Source: Callorhinchus milii
Taxonomy: Eukaryota
Direction: 5' to 3'
DNA length: 64,000 nt
Assembly (NCBI RefSeq): GCF_018977255.1
Contig: NW_024704742.1
Location: forward strand, 95,978,001 to 96,042,000
Of this stretch, positions 1-11,719 are shown piece by piece (position 1 is the first letter of the stretch; the number at the start of each line of letters is the position of its first letter). The translations under genes and the position numbers were made by a program. The notes below the pieces were generated by a model that worked only from the letters and a program-made list of their open reading frames with translations, was not told the origin of the DNA and searched no databases.

Positions 1-2859
1 GCAATCATATCAGTCTGATGTGAATCTCCCACCTTGCAATCACAGGCGTATCAGAGATATAAAAGGCGGGAACTTTGACTGATATCTGATCAGAGCAAAT
101 AGTTCCCAACCACATGTGTTTTCTGCCCCATCCCGCCCCCAATCACACACAAAAATTTTTAATTCCATTTAAATGAAAAATAGCTGCAGAAGATCTATAA
201 ACAAGATACATCATGAGGATTTTGTGTGTTACAGCTGGAAGAGTAATATTGAGCATATTCAGAGTATGGGGACTTGAGCTGCAGCTCTGAGGTTTCAGTG
301 TAAACGATACCTTTTCAGCAGAATTTATTAGGGCGAGGTCGGTAATGTGAGATGAGATAAATTTGTTTGCTGTCCTTGGGATTTTCTTTAGGCACGATCC
401 TGTTGACATTTTCAAAGTGTTGAGAAACTAACCCATTGAGCAAGTATGAAGAGATTACCTTGTACAGTTGAGGGAAAGGAAATAAATAGCTGGGAGTGTG
501 AAGAACAAGCTAGTTATACAGATTAACACACTCAAAAAATGACAAATTGCAGTAGTCTCATTGTCTTTCAGAACAACCCCCGCAGGCTTTTATCATGAAA
601 CAAGTTGAACACTTTGTCATGTTATTAACACTGTAATAAGGCTGCCTGGCTTTTATCAAGTGCTTTGCTCGATGACTCTGAGCTATGTGATGATTTTAAA
701 GCTATGCCTATTTGACATTGCGAATGGAATTAATGCCATCACATCGCTGCCTGGCCTACCCCAAAATACTCTGACCTAGCATGAAATGAGAAGATGTCTG
801 GTCTTGAAGATTAAGTGTATGTTGCAGCCAAAGCCTGCCACAGCTGCATGATTTTGATAGACTGCAGGGAATTTTATAAGCTAGGCTCTAAATCTTGTTA
901 ATCCTAAGGTCAAAGTTGTTACATTAACAAAATAGGCCTAAAGCAGCCTTCATAAAGTACTAAAGGAACTAAGCTGTAATGTGCCATAAAACACCAGAGT
1001 ACTTAATAAAGTTTTTATAACCAAAAATGGTTCAAAGGTGAATTTGTGAAGTGCATCAAAAGCACGCTATCATTTTTTTTGCTGCTGGAATAACTGTTTT
1101 GGCACCATTTGAGGTTAAAAACTAATGCCTTGTGAATTATACAGCCTCCAGGATTATATAGTTGGCAATCTGAAAACCCTTAGGATTTGCCTTGGAAAAA
1201 AAATGTTTGGTGGGGTAAAGATAATTGTAATGTATATTTAGCCCCGAGTGCTTTCTCCTGTGCTGCCCTTGAGATAGTCTATTGGATTTCTGTCATTGAA
1301 AACTGGCTTGTCATCAAAGGGGTGTTTCTGCTCCAATTGGTATATTATATATACTGACCGTGGAGTTTCCTGGTAATCCACTGCAAATTATTTCCCGATA
1401 TACTTGCACTAATGTCAGAACCATTAATCTTTAAGTGCGAATGTCATCACATATCAGTGATGGTGAATGTGCTGGCAGCCAGAATCTGCAGTGAGAGATG
1501 CTGTCAACACAAAAAAAAATCCGAAATTCAGCAAATCCATCCTGTGTAATTAATGCGAGGTTTCTTTTAAATAAATAACTCTGGAATAATTTCAAGGCAG
1601 AAATCTAATTGCAGGATTCTGATGCCAATTATATAAACTACTGAAAAAGCTTTGCTCTTGCAGATCCTAACATTGTCTGAACCTCTCGATTAGATTAATA
1701 CTTTGTAATTGCTCCCAGGCATCCTTTATTCTCGGTGTATTCTGTGAAATGTACAACTTTGAATGAACTGCATTTTGTTTGGGGGCTCAAGTTCATAAAC
1801 AATGTCGTACCAGTTCCAGAGCTAGGTTTTAAATGTACAATAAGGAAGACAGCCACCGAAATAAAATGAAAAGTGTTGTCAGTATTCCAGAAGGCTGTGC
1901 CTTTGGCAGCAAACCAGTAGTAAAGGTTACACGGGAGGTTACATTGGATTAAATTTCATTGGAGTCTTGTGCAATTTATGTGAGACCCCTGGCTGTTCTT
2001 CAGCTTGACTGACCGTGAATAAAAGACAGCTTAGCATTAGCCTTGGAGGAGCATTCGCTGAAGTAGGCAGAAGGTTTCAGAAGTTGACAGAATGGGACTT
2101 GAAGTGTTCTATGCACTCTTGTTTCTTCTGCCTGTAACTCAATACCATCTTTAGCTGCACTGGAAAACTGCCTCAATAGTTTTGTTTTTTAAGGAAAGCT
2201 TTTATTTCCTTTCACCAAATGAGTCCTTGTACTCGCGAGTAGCTTTATTGCACATGTGGATGAAAACCCTGCCCTTCGAGCTAAACGGTGCAATATTTCT
2301 ATTATGTATGCTGCTGCCCTAGTATAATGGTGGAAGGAAAGGGGAAGCAAGTGCTAAATGCTGTAAAAATAGCGTGTGAATGTCTTCTGGCACTACATTA
2401 TCCTCCCTTTGTTTTAACTTCTCAAAACACGAGTTATCTAAGCCATTAGAATGTTTTTTTCGCACAACTTATTCTGCATTGTTCACAGCATTTAACACAT
2501 CAGTGAACAAATTGCTCCCTTGGATATGCTAATCCTGTTCTTTTAAAGGGCTCATTGTTGCATGTTTTAGAGCTTAACTGGAGGGTAGATGAGAATCGAG
2601 GGTGTGTTAAATTGTCATGTGACCCCAAAACCTCTGAAATTGCTTGCTACATGGGTCAACAATTTAGGCATAGGGCATTTTTGGATGTGTCTTTCTATTT
2701 TCAGATGCTTAATTTTTTAACAGACAGATTAACACACATACTCAGATTCTCTCTCACACTAACACACATGCATATGCTTTTTCATCCCTTTTAATCAGTC
2801 ACTTCCATCTGCTATTTTTTTGACAGAATCCAAATGCATCTTAATTACTAGATTACTCG

Positions 2860-3435
2860 CCGAGGGTGGGGGGATAGTCAGCCTAGGGTCAGTAACATGT
2901 GGAAATGCATCATGATGCTTGAGAGTATCTGACCAGACTGAGAGTTCCCCTCGTGTATACCACCTGCCCAGAAGTATTGCAAACCCACCTGGCTCAGGAA
3001 CCGCAGTACCAAGACTGCCTCAGAGCGGTGAGTCAATTCCAACATTCCATTGCCAAGCATGCCAATTGAAGCCAGCTGAGCTCCAAGGAGACCTCCCCAG
3101 TTACCTCTGCCACCACCCCCGTGGAGGATAATATAAGGCAAGTTGTCTGATAATAGCATATTGGAATTGAGTCGATCCTCTGTGTTGGTCTCAGTAGTTC
3201 CTGAGCCAGGTGGGTCTGCAATACTCCAAGGCACTACTGACCCTACAAGCCAAAGTCCTAGGTGGGCAAATCGTAGGGAGCTTCCAAATAGTGTGAGCAA
3301 TGGCAAGCTGGTTAAATTCCAACAATACCCTAGTACAAACTTTGGGTTCCCATAGAGTTGGCTCCTTTTTGGAATTGGGTGCATATTCTATTCCAGACAA
3401 AGTGAAATTTCCATGTGTAAGTAGCATACATATAT
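2860..3435. repeat. Unclassified dispersed repeat with internal inverted repeat (related copies ~7400-7590 and ~50280-50470)
   Basis: 2973-3001 and 3197-3225 are 28/29 reverse-complementary. CCTGGCTCA.GAACC...ATTCCAACATTC..TTGCCAAGCATG recurs at 7464-7537. AGCTGGTTA.A.TCCA.CA.TACCCT and AATTTCCATGTGTA recur near 50300 and 50440. Confidence 0.65.
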
Positions 3436-3975
3436 GGAAATCTCATTCTGGTTTGGGTACGCTTAGGCATAGTGATAGTTTCTCTTTGCGTCAGAATCCC
3501 AGGACAAAAAAAAAATTCTTTGCCGGTGCAGTTATAGACTTGGTTTTAATACTATAGACGATAAACTAAATGAAAAATGTTAGCTCACCTCCTAAAGAGT
3601 TGCTGTTTGGCAAGAAGGTACTGTAACCAAGCCATTAAACTTTATAGCCTAGGTAATACATTTATTTTAATTAATGAATAATGTAAAATATCAGTTGTCC
3701 ACAACTCTGTGACTGTACAAATATACTTCACACACTACATTTATTTCAGAATATGCAAATGCAGAGGTTGCTCAGTTGGGGTAGAGGAGTCTTGGGGCTT
3801 ATCTATATAATTTTTTTTTAAAAATCCTTTTTAAAGACTTTTTAAACAGATGGTTGAGTTGCTAAGGCCAGAAAGTTTCTGTAAATACCTGTATTAAATA
3901 TCGTAAGCTTTCACATGGCGACACAGGGAAAATGAGAGGAATTTTCTTTTGAAAGCAGCTTTTGTGTCTTCACAG

Positions 3976-4095
3976 AGCAATTCCCTATTGGTATCTGACA
4001 GCCTGCGAGGCACAGATAAACGCAGGAATGGGCCTGATTATTCTAATGATGTGAAGAAGAGGAAGGTTGATGATAAGGACTCTATGAGCCACTAT
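3976..4095 (+). CDS. TLE1: TLE1-like Groucho co-repressor, coding exon (~exon 9; CcN region with NLS)
   Basis: cacag|AGC...TAT|gtaagt; 120 nt, phase 0-0. Encodes SNSLLVSDSLRGTDKRRNGPDYSNDVKKRKVDDKDSMSHY, close to human TLE1 SNSLLVPDSLRGTDKRRNGPEFSNDIKKRKVDDKDSSHY as recalled. Confidence 0.95.
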
Positions 4096-5167
4096 GTAAG
4101 TACATTTAGTGTAGGTGGCAGAAACAGCCAAGTTTGCCTCCTTAAATACTATCTTTCACAAAAATGTACTTTTCCTGCATTGTTTGTAATGTCCTTTTCC
4201 TGTAAGAGGTGACACAAGAATATACATTGTGAACTTAACTTTTTTTAATGAAATATGAATCATGATCTATGCAAAATTGTGGTGCATCATTTGTCCATTC
4301 TGAGGCTTCTGGGCATGTGTTTGGGTTAACGTGAGGGTACGGTGCACATCAGGGCACCATCCAAAAGCAGCTTGTGCACCTTATCAGGGCGTGCGCAGGC
4401 ACGCACACGGATGTAGTGCGCACAGGGGTGATTCCCAACTGTCTTAAAGGGAGCGTCCCAAAAAAATACCTGTCCACACTCCCCGCTAAGAGGGGAGGGA
4501 TAGGGAGAGGATTACAAGACCCCATTTGTAACTGCGTTCTGCAAAGGGTGGCAAAACCCCAAAAGCCTTGGTCCCTTCACCAACTTGAAGTGCGCAGAAA
4601 CGACCCCCCCGACCACCCCGCCACAAGGGGCTGGGTCTGTTGCGTCTTATAATGGGATAATAACATGTTGCGTCTTTTTTTGTAATGGGTTTGATACTGT
4701 CTGAGACCAGCGTAAATATATATCTCCAAATAATAGATATATTGTTTATTTTTTTGCCCATTTTGTCTAATTTTCACCTAATCCATTAATTTGCACTGCT
4801 ATGTACAACAACAACAACAAGATTACATTTGTATACGCCTTTCACCTCGGGAGGACGTCCCAAGACAACATAGACTACAGCACACGGTGTATGAGGATAG
4901 AGTACATTAAAGTCAATGTGAATATAACCTGTCCCGTACACTGGGGTGCAGAGCCACTTGGCTGCCTACATTTTGCATAGATGTGAGCAATGCGATGTGA
5001 TTATGTTCTTGGGTTTCCTGACGTCTATTATTAATGAAGAAAATATTAATTATTACACAGGGTCCAGTCTAGTCGCTGGTTCGATCATCTCATCATTCAC
5101 AAACCTTTGATTTTAATTGACTGCCTATGATTGAAGTTTATTTCAAAATCTTTATTTTGTTTTATAG

Positions 5168-5221
5168 GACAGTGATGGGGATAAAAGTGATGACAACTTG
5201 GTGGTAGATGTTTCGAATGAG
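5168..5221 (+). CDS. TLE1: TLE1-like coding exon (~exon 10; CK2-site region)
   Basis: ttatag|GAC...GAG|gtttgt; 54 nt; DSDGDKSDDNLVVDVSNE. Confidence 0.96.
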
Positions 5222-5390
5222 GTTTGTACTTGTTCCTCTTCTCCCCCCACCCTCTCCTCGCCCCATCACCTCCCTTCCCCAGTCCCGGCCCATTTTAGTT
5301 TTGGAACTTGACTAATCTTTAACAGTTATTGTGTGTTTAAAGGCCATATGAGTATTTGAAAGGAGTAGAAGTTGCTTTAGAGTGGGTTGT

Positions 5391-5703
5391 GAAGTCCTGT
5401 AGCTCAGTGGTTAGAGCACTCGCTTTGCAAGTGAGAGATCTGAGTTCAATTCCAGGCAGGGCGAAACCTTGGGCAAGTTTCCTTGCTCCACACGCCTAAT
5501 AATAATCCCTCCAAAAACAATAATAAATTGGTCATTTTCAATCTACGACTGTTTGTGGGACATTGCTGTGCGCAATTGGCTGCCGCGTTCACCCACAAAT
5601 ATACAGTCAAGTCACCATACAGTGTGTTCTGTGAAGCGCTTTGGGACGTCCTCCCGATGTGAAAAGCGCTATATCAAATGGAAGGATTATTATTATTATT
5701 ATT
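5391..5703 (+). mobile_element. Full-length tRNA-derived Deu-domain SINE, short subfamily
   Basis: A box TAGCTCAGTGG (5400-5410), B box GTTCAATTCC (5444-5453), Deu-like core TGTGGGACATTGCTGTGCGCAATTGGCTGCCGCGTT, L2-like tail and (TTA)n end. Confidence 0.9.
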
Positions 5704-5911
5704 GAACAGCAGGTTGATTGGAAGTTATACATTGTGGGTTGTCAATGCTAGTAAATGTTTGGTTCAGTAATATGTTAGATCGCAATCCATTCTATTTAGC
5801 CTGCATGTGAAAATCTGATTTATGCATTTGGATGAAGTCTCTCGATAGCTCTTGTGGGTTATTTGATGGCGGAACATATGTTTCCATGCTGGTATAATGG
5901 TAGTTTTTCTT

Positions 5912-6118
5912 GTGCCATTCATTGCTGGCAGTTGGGTTTAAGCTCTAGTGCCAGTCATTACTGCCAGTTAGTTCAGTCACCAGTGCCAGTCATTGCTGGC
6001 ACATAGATTTAAGCACCAATCCCATTCACTGCTAGTACTTGGGGTTTGAGCACCAGTGGCATGCAATGCTACCAGTTAGGTTTGGGCAACTGGTGATAGT
6101 AATTTCTGGCATTTAGGG
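5912..6118. repeat. Diverged ~36-bp minisatellite, about 5.7 units
   Basis: Units start near 5912, 5948, 5983, 6019, 6056 and 6093. Consensus approx GTGCCAKTCATTGCTGGCAGTTRGGTTTAAGCACCA. Confidence 0.75.
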
Positions 6119-6564
6119 TACAAAATGCCACTTTGAGGTGCTTCCTCTATGTAGAATATTATGCCTACCTCCCCTGCACCCAACTTCATCAATGTGATTT
6201 TTTTTCTTCCACTGTCTGCTATCTTCACAGCTATTGAATAACACTGCAAGTTTATGACACATTTTATGCCGTGGGCCAGTGTCCATTTAAGAACTGGGCT
6301 CTATCGTGGTCAATCTTTTTTTCACTTGGATAATGGCATCCTTTAGAGACTGGATACATTAGTTTTGAACCCGCCTCTCAGAAGTTAAAGTACCGTACAC
6401 TAGCTCAAAACATTACTCGACTGGTCTCTTTCACAGTTATTTATTGATAGACATAATTGTGTAAAATGGGTGCTAGACTAAATGCAAGAATTATATTATT
6501 GTTTTATTTATTATAATAACTCACATCTGTAAGGTGACGTGTAACCATTGGTGTTTCTTTCTAG

Positions 6565-6717
6565 GACCCATCCTCTCCACGGGGGAGCCCTGCCCACTCA
6601 CCCCGTGAGAATGGCCTGGACAAATCACGACTATTGAAGAAGGACGCTTCCAGTAGTCCGGCTTCAACTGCATCGTCTGGCAGCTCATCTTCTCTCAAAT
6701 CCAAAGAGCTGAGCCAT
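6565..6717 (+). CDS. TLE1: TLE1-like coding exon (~exon 11; CcN/SP)
   Basis: ttctag|GAC...CAT|gtaagt; 153 nt; [51 protein letters not shown]. Confidence 0.96.
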
Positions 6718-6734
6718 GTAAGTTGTGTGAAATA

Positions 6735-6915
6735 ACATAGACTCTACAGCACAGAAACAGCCATACGGTCCAATCAATCCGTGCCACTGTTTACACTCCA
6801 CACAAGCTTCCATCCCTCCTCATCCCCTCTCTCATACCTTCTGTTCCCTTCTCCCTCAAACACATATTGAATTTTCTCTTATGTACATTGATGATATTTG
6901 CTTCAACCACAGCCA
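6735..6915 (-). mobile_element. CR1-type LINE 3'-end remnant
   Basis: CATAGACTCTACAGCACAGAAACAGCCAT... is typical of a reversed CR1 tail; a similar copy lies at ~56150-56280. Confidence 0.55.
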
Positions 6916-8365
6916 TGTTTTAAACTATCTTTGAAAATACTTATGAACAAAGGAAAAGTTCAGATTCATGTTATTTTGCTGCATGAATAGTTTTGATACT
7001 TTACCTGACCAAGCTTCCTGTTTGTAATTGTGGCTTTTTGGGTTAGTGTGAAGTGTGTGGAAAGTGGTGTTTTTAAGAGTGCTCTTGTGAGGTAACACTT
7101 GTGTTGGTTATCAGCAAAATGTGCTGTAACATAAATTTTCCTGGTACATCTACACATTTGCACATTTGATTGCAGTGGGGCTCCCAGGTCTGAGCTGAGG
7201 TACAGTGAGTTTGCATGATGTGCAGGGGATTTCCTAGAGAACATGTTTATGTCCCAAGGCACTTTAATCAGCTAAAACCACGTAGCATGTCATTGATTGG
7301 CAAGCTTCCAGCTACTTGACCAGCGAGGGCCACCCTACCCATTAGGGTTTGACTTTGGTGGGGTAACAGAAACTGAGTGTTCCCAGTTACTGGTCAGGCC
7401 CTTCAGGTTTTGTTGGGCTGAGTGGTCTGAAGTTAGCAGTGCCCTGGAGAACTGCGGATCTGCCTGGCTCAAGAACCAGATTACCGAGACCGCCACAGAG
7501 GATTAACTTGATTCCAACATTCTGTTGCCAAGCATGTCATTTTAGAGCGAGTTCAGCTCCAGGTAAACCCCACTTACCCCACTTCATGGAGGAGCCAATG
7601 ATTGAATTCATTCTGAATTTTGAACTGTTTTTCTTTAGTTCTTACAAGAACTTACAGAATGCTAGCATCAGAACTGAGGCTGTATTTAAGAATTTACCAA
7701 ATTTACTATGCTCTGAAATACTACATAAACAGAATTAATCTAGTCCTAGATAAAAAAAATGTGTGCCTTCTTCTCAAATCCTGGCAAAATTGAAGTCTGT
7801 ATTAAACTTAAAAATTTATGCTGGTTGTCTAAGAAAGTGGATCTGCTCAGCTGCGTGCATGTAATGCCAGTTTTAGCTTTTAGTCAACACACTAATGTTA
7901 TTCAGCATTTCAAGTAGTTAGCCTTGTTTTTGAAATAGGTCTCTGGAATCTGTTTATATTATTATCTGAGCGTGTACAAAGTGCCATGTCCAGAGTGGCA
8001 TGTACAGTCAAATGCACTCTGCAAATTTTACTTAAAGGCAGGTTTATGGGGCCTGTGAACCTAATGCAGAGAGCATTTATGAACTGATATGTTCCCTGTT
8101 CTTGTCAGCTGGCTGAGCTGGTAACAAAACATGGTTGCTTTACACTCTGTTGTGGGTGGGACAGTCATAATTCTGTAGATCAACGTTTTTAACATGCTCT
8201 TTTTTAAAAAAAAAGTTAACCCATCAGGGTCGTTTTTTTTAACATTGGAGCTATAGAACTGCAGTGCTACAGAAATGCTAAATGCACTGCATTTCAGTTG
8301 CTGTTGTGATGAATATATTGATGTCTGATGCCTGAATTAATGATAACCATTTAATAACCGTGCAG

Positions 8366-8483
8366 CATGAAAAGGCCAGCACTCCTGTGATGAAATCAAG
8401 TACCCCAACACCAACTCCAGGCACGAGCACTACGTCAGCACTGCGCGCAGGTCTTGGCAAACCCCCAATGATGGATCCGTTAG
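8366..8483 (+). CDS. TLE1: TLE1-like coding exon (~exon 12; SP domain); alternative end at 8495
   Basis: gtgcag|CAT...TTAG|gtaacc; 118 nt, phase 0-1; [40 protein letters not shown] second in-frame GT donor follows 8495. Confidence 0.88.
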
Positions 8484-8985
8484 GTAACCAATCCAGTAAT
8501 CTTGTTATTGTTGTTATTTATACTTATATAGCAGTTATATATATATATAATGTATATAAACAATGATTATTGTTGCCTAGTTATACATGTGTGCATGCAT
8601 TGTAGTTTTCCTACTTTTTATTATTTTTGTTTTTAAGATACTAAAAGTTTGACACAGAAAATAATTGCAAACTGTATTATAATTTGTTTAAGCTTTTGGT
8701 GAATTTCTGGCTCATCTAGGTGCATTTGGTTCATGGATAATCTTCAAGGGAGCTTCAATGGAAGCAAAATAGTATTACAAAATTAAACAAAAAAAATTTA
8801 ATAGCTGTATACTTTATGTAGATTCATCAGTAAAAATGTAAACCTTACATTTAAATGTGCAGGTGAGTCCATTTTGGGACATTTGAGACAGTGCCTTGGG
8901 ACATCCGCCCGATGTAAAAGGTGCTATATAAATGCAATTTGCCATTGTTATTAAGTACTGTGATTCTTTTTCTTTTGCGTTGCAG

Positions 8986-9170
8986 CCGCTGGACTGAGGA
9001 CACCTTTGGCAGTGCCAGGCCCTTACTCTTCCCCTTTTGGGATTGTGCCTCACTCTGGTATCAATGGTGACCTAAGCAGCCCGGGAGGTTATCCAGGATT
9101 GCATAATATCTCACCCCAGATGAGTGCTGCCGCAGCAGCTGCTGTAGTCGCCTATGCGCGACCGCCCATG
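8986..9170 (+). CDS. TLE1: TLE1-like coding exon (~exon 13; SP domain)
   Basis: ttgcag|CC...ATG|gtaatc; 185 nt, phase 1-0; AGLRTPLAVPGPYSSPFGIVPHSGINGDLSSPGGYPGLHNISPQMSAAAAAAVVAYARPPM. Confidence 0.95.
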
Positions 9171-9739
9171 GTAATCCACACTCTGTATACATTCATAATG
9201 ATCTGTTCATTCAGATATACTGTGGGCTCTGCATTTAATCTTGCAAAGTAGATTTGAAGTGATAGTCATGTTAGCAGATTTCACTGTGTTTTGTTTTGGT
9301 GGGGGGTGGGGGTGAGTGAATGTATGAAATCGAATCATGTGAAACTGGACACTTTTGATCTTCTATTTGCCATAATTTTCCCTCCTCAGTTTTTCCGAAG
9401 ATTCTGACTCAGGCTGAGTTCAACAGGAATCAACGGTACTGCATCCAAATGGCTATTTATCATCCGTAAACGTGGGCTAGCTATTCCCACCAAGTTCATT
9501 CCTGTCCTCAACATCCACAAGTGTAACCATTTCAGAAAGGGCCACTGGATAGCAATCTGACGCCTTAATTTCTTTGTGAAAGCCTTTCGATAACAACCAT
9601 GGGGAAACGCTTCTCCCAACTAAAACTGATTTTAAGCCTTTTCCAAAATTCTGCACAATCTTAAATGTTAAGGCAATTGCCTTAAGGCTAAGACCATGAA
9701 AAATGTCAATCCCCTTGAGTGCAAGTTCTAACTGATATC

Positions 9740-9905
9740 TTTTTAACTCCTCTCTCCCTAGCCCAGGGGCATTAAAGGTCAATTGTAGCATCTCAACTGC
9801 TCTTCTGGTGAACCTCCTCAGCTAACTCAGCATGGAATGGGAATTAAACCTGAGATGTCTGGGTGTGTTTGACTCAGTTGCTCAGAGCTCTTCAGTCATT
9901 GGGGA
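9740..9905 (-). mobile_element. Old SINE-like dispersed repeat (related copies ~10460-10660 +, ~31650-31830 -, ~36470-36680 +)
   Basis: Shared motifs GATGCTACAATT...CCCCTGGGCTAGGGAGAG among the copies, plus a degenerate tRNA-like head. Confidence 0.5.
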
Positions 9906-11159
9906 GTTCATTTTTCCAAGCTATTTCATATTTATTTCGCACAGAGCTCCTCTTAAATAAAGTCGGGCAAATTATTTCTCTTTTTGTATGACAGTTATAA
10001 TTAGGAGCTGAAAGCTGCCTGTTCCAAGTTCAGATTAGCTGCTACCCTTGAAGCTGTCTTTTACACTAGCACAATTGTGGCTGTCTTTTACACTTGCCCT
10101 CTGAGAATGTGTGCTGTGGAAGTGTTGGACTGTCACTTCAGTATTCTCTGTAGAAATCAGCGGGTGCTCAGTCTTAGACCAGATGTATCCATAATCCTGC
10201 CAAGTCTCTGTGCATTTCCAGGATATTCTTAAAGAAAACCTGTTTTGTTTCTTCGTCTTATGAGAACCCTCAACCGTTGTTTTTTTTTAACCTGTGCTTG
10301 ATTATTACCTTTGTTAGGTCCTATTAAATCATTTAGTTTCTTGTGCAGCAGAGAGTCAGTTTGGCTCAGTTGGTCGCACTGTCAGAATGTTGGCGAAGGG
10401 GATAAAATACGGAGGAGGGGAAAGAAAAAAGATTTAAATGTTAACAAGTCAAATTTGTAGAGCTCTCAGGATGGCTTAGTCGTTAAAGGAACTAAATCAT
10501 ACTGACTAGAAGGTTGCAGGTGGGATTGCCAGTCAATGTTGCCAGGTCACCCCAAGCATGTCAACATTAAAGATGCTACAATTAGCATCTGTCCCTCTAG
10601 GCTAAGGAGAGGAAAAAATTATTAATCAGTGACTTCTTCTAGAAACTGTTCATGTCTAGATGTTGGGTGGAACCAGCAAGAGTTGGTACAGGAGAGAAGG
10701 AGCTAAAATTGGCAAAAGAAATCAAACAAAATATATACACATTCCATTTTGAAGTATTATTTGGTTGAAGAGCTGCTTATTAAAACTGTAGGTGCCGCTG
10801 GGCTTGAGTATCAGTCAGCGGAAGCAAATGAAAAACTTGAGGTAGGGATGAAAGAAAAGGGAAAAAAAGAGCGACAATAGACTAATGAGAATGTGAAACC
10901 CTGTCCCTCACATAAAAACTGATACTCTTTGAATTCCGTTCAGGATTTTATTGTGCTGCGTTCGTCATTCACAACAAATTCATCAAATGGAATTTCCAGT
11001 TAAAATTTGTCAGATTTAATGTTATAATCTCTTAGGCTCTCCTGCCAAGTTATTTTTAACCCCTGGACTGCCACTAAGTCTATGGACTCTCATAGTTGAT
11101 TCTGGATATTTTCAACTTGCCGAAAGTTGCATTGAAAAGAAAATCTAGGATTTTACAAT

Positions 11160-11717
11160 AATAATCCTTGTATTTGGTAGCACCCAGAAGGTCAGTATCT
11201 CAAAGTGCTTCACAGCAGATTTTTGTAAACTGTAGTAACTGTATTTATAGGCGAACAAACCAGCCAATTTGCACACAGACATGTTCCACAAACAGAAATT
11301 AAGTGAATGACTATTAATCTGGAGGACTGTTGAGCAGGACACTCTTCTCTTTTCAAATAATGCTATGGGATTTTGGACATCCACCTGAACCTACAGGCAG
11401 GACCTTGGTTTAACGTCTCACAGCAGAACTAATGATATGAATTTAGAAGCAGTAATAGGGCATTGCCGAGGTTGATTTTTTTCGCTAGTGCACCAAGGCC
11501 TGTGGGTAGTTATTTCTGGGTAGCACTCTATAAACTCATTTATAAACTCCATAATCCACGACTGTTTGTGGGACACTGCTGTGTGTAGTTGGCTGCCACG
11601 TTTCACTCACAAAATATACAGTCAATTCGCTTTACAGTATATTCTGTGAAGCGCTTTGAGATGTCCCGAAGACATGGTAAGGCACTATATCAAATGCAAG
11701 GATTATTATTATTATCA
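11160..11717. mobile_element. Two Deu-SINE fragments in opposite orientation (11160-11420 minus; 11550-11717 plus)
   Basis: Deu core and tail motifs match the 5391 copy. Confidence 0.75.
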
Positions 11718-11719
11718 TG

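Noticed and set aside
682..780. Possible C/D-box snoRNA (GTGATGA...CTGA with GCTA/TAGC ends)
   Set aside because: The terminal stem is offset, there are no clear C'/D' boxes and I recognise no rRNA or snRNA guide; likely chance.
1..3975. Search for the short upstream TLE micro-exon (~exon 8), e.g. aacag|ACAGATT at ~2724
   Set aside because: No candidate has both a suitable peptide and a GT donor; it probably lies upstream of the window.
5391..5465. tRNA gene
   Set aside because: It runs directly into a SINE body with no T-run terminator and recurs in several SINE copies; it is a SINE head.
5912..6118. CRISPR-like 36-bp periodicity
   Set aside because: Units are contiguous and diverged with no unique spacers, and the context is a vertebrate intron.
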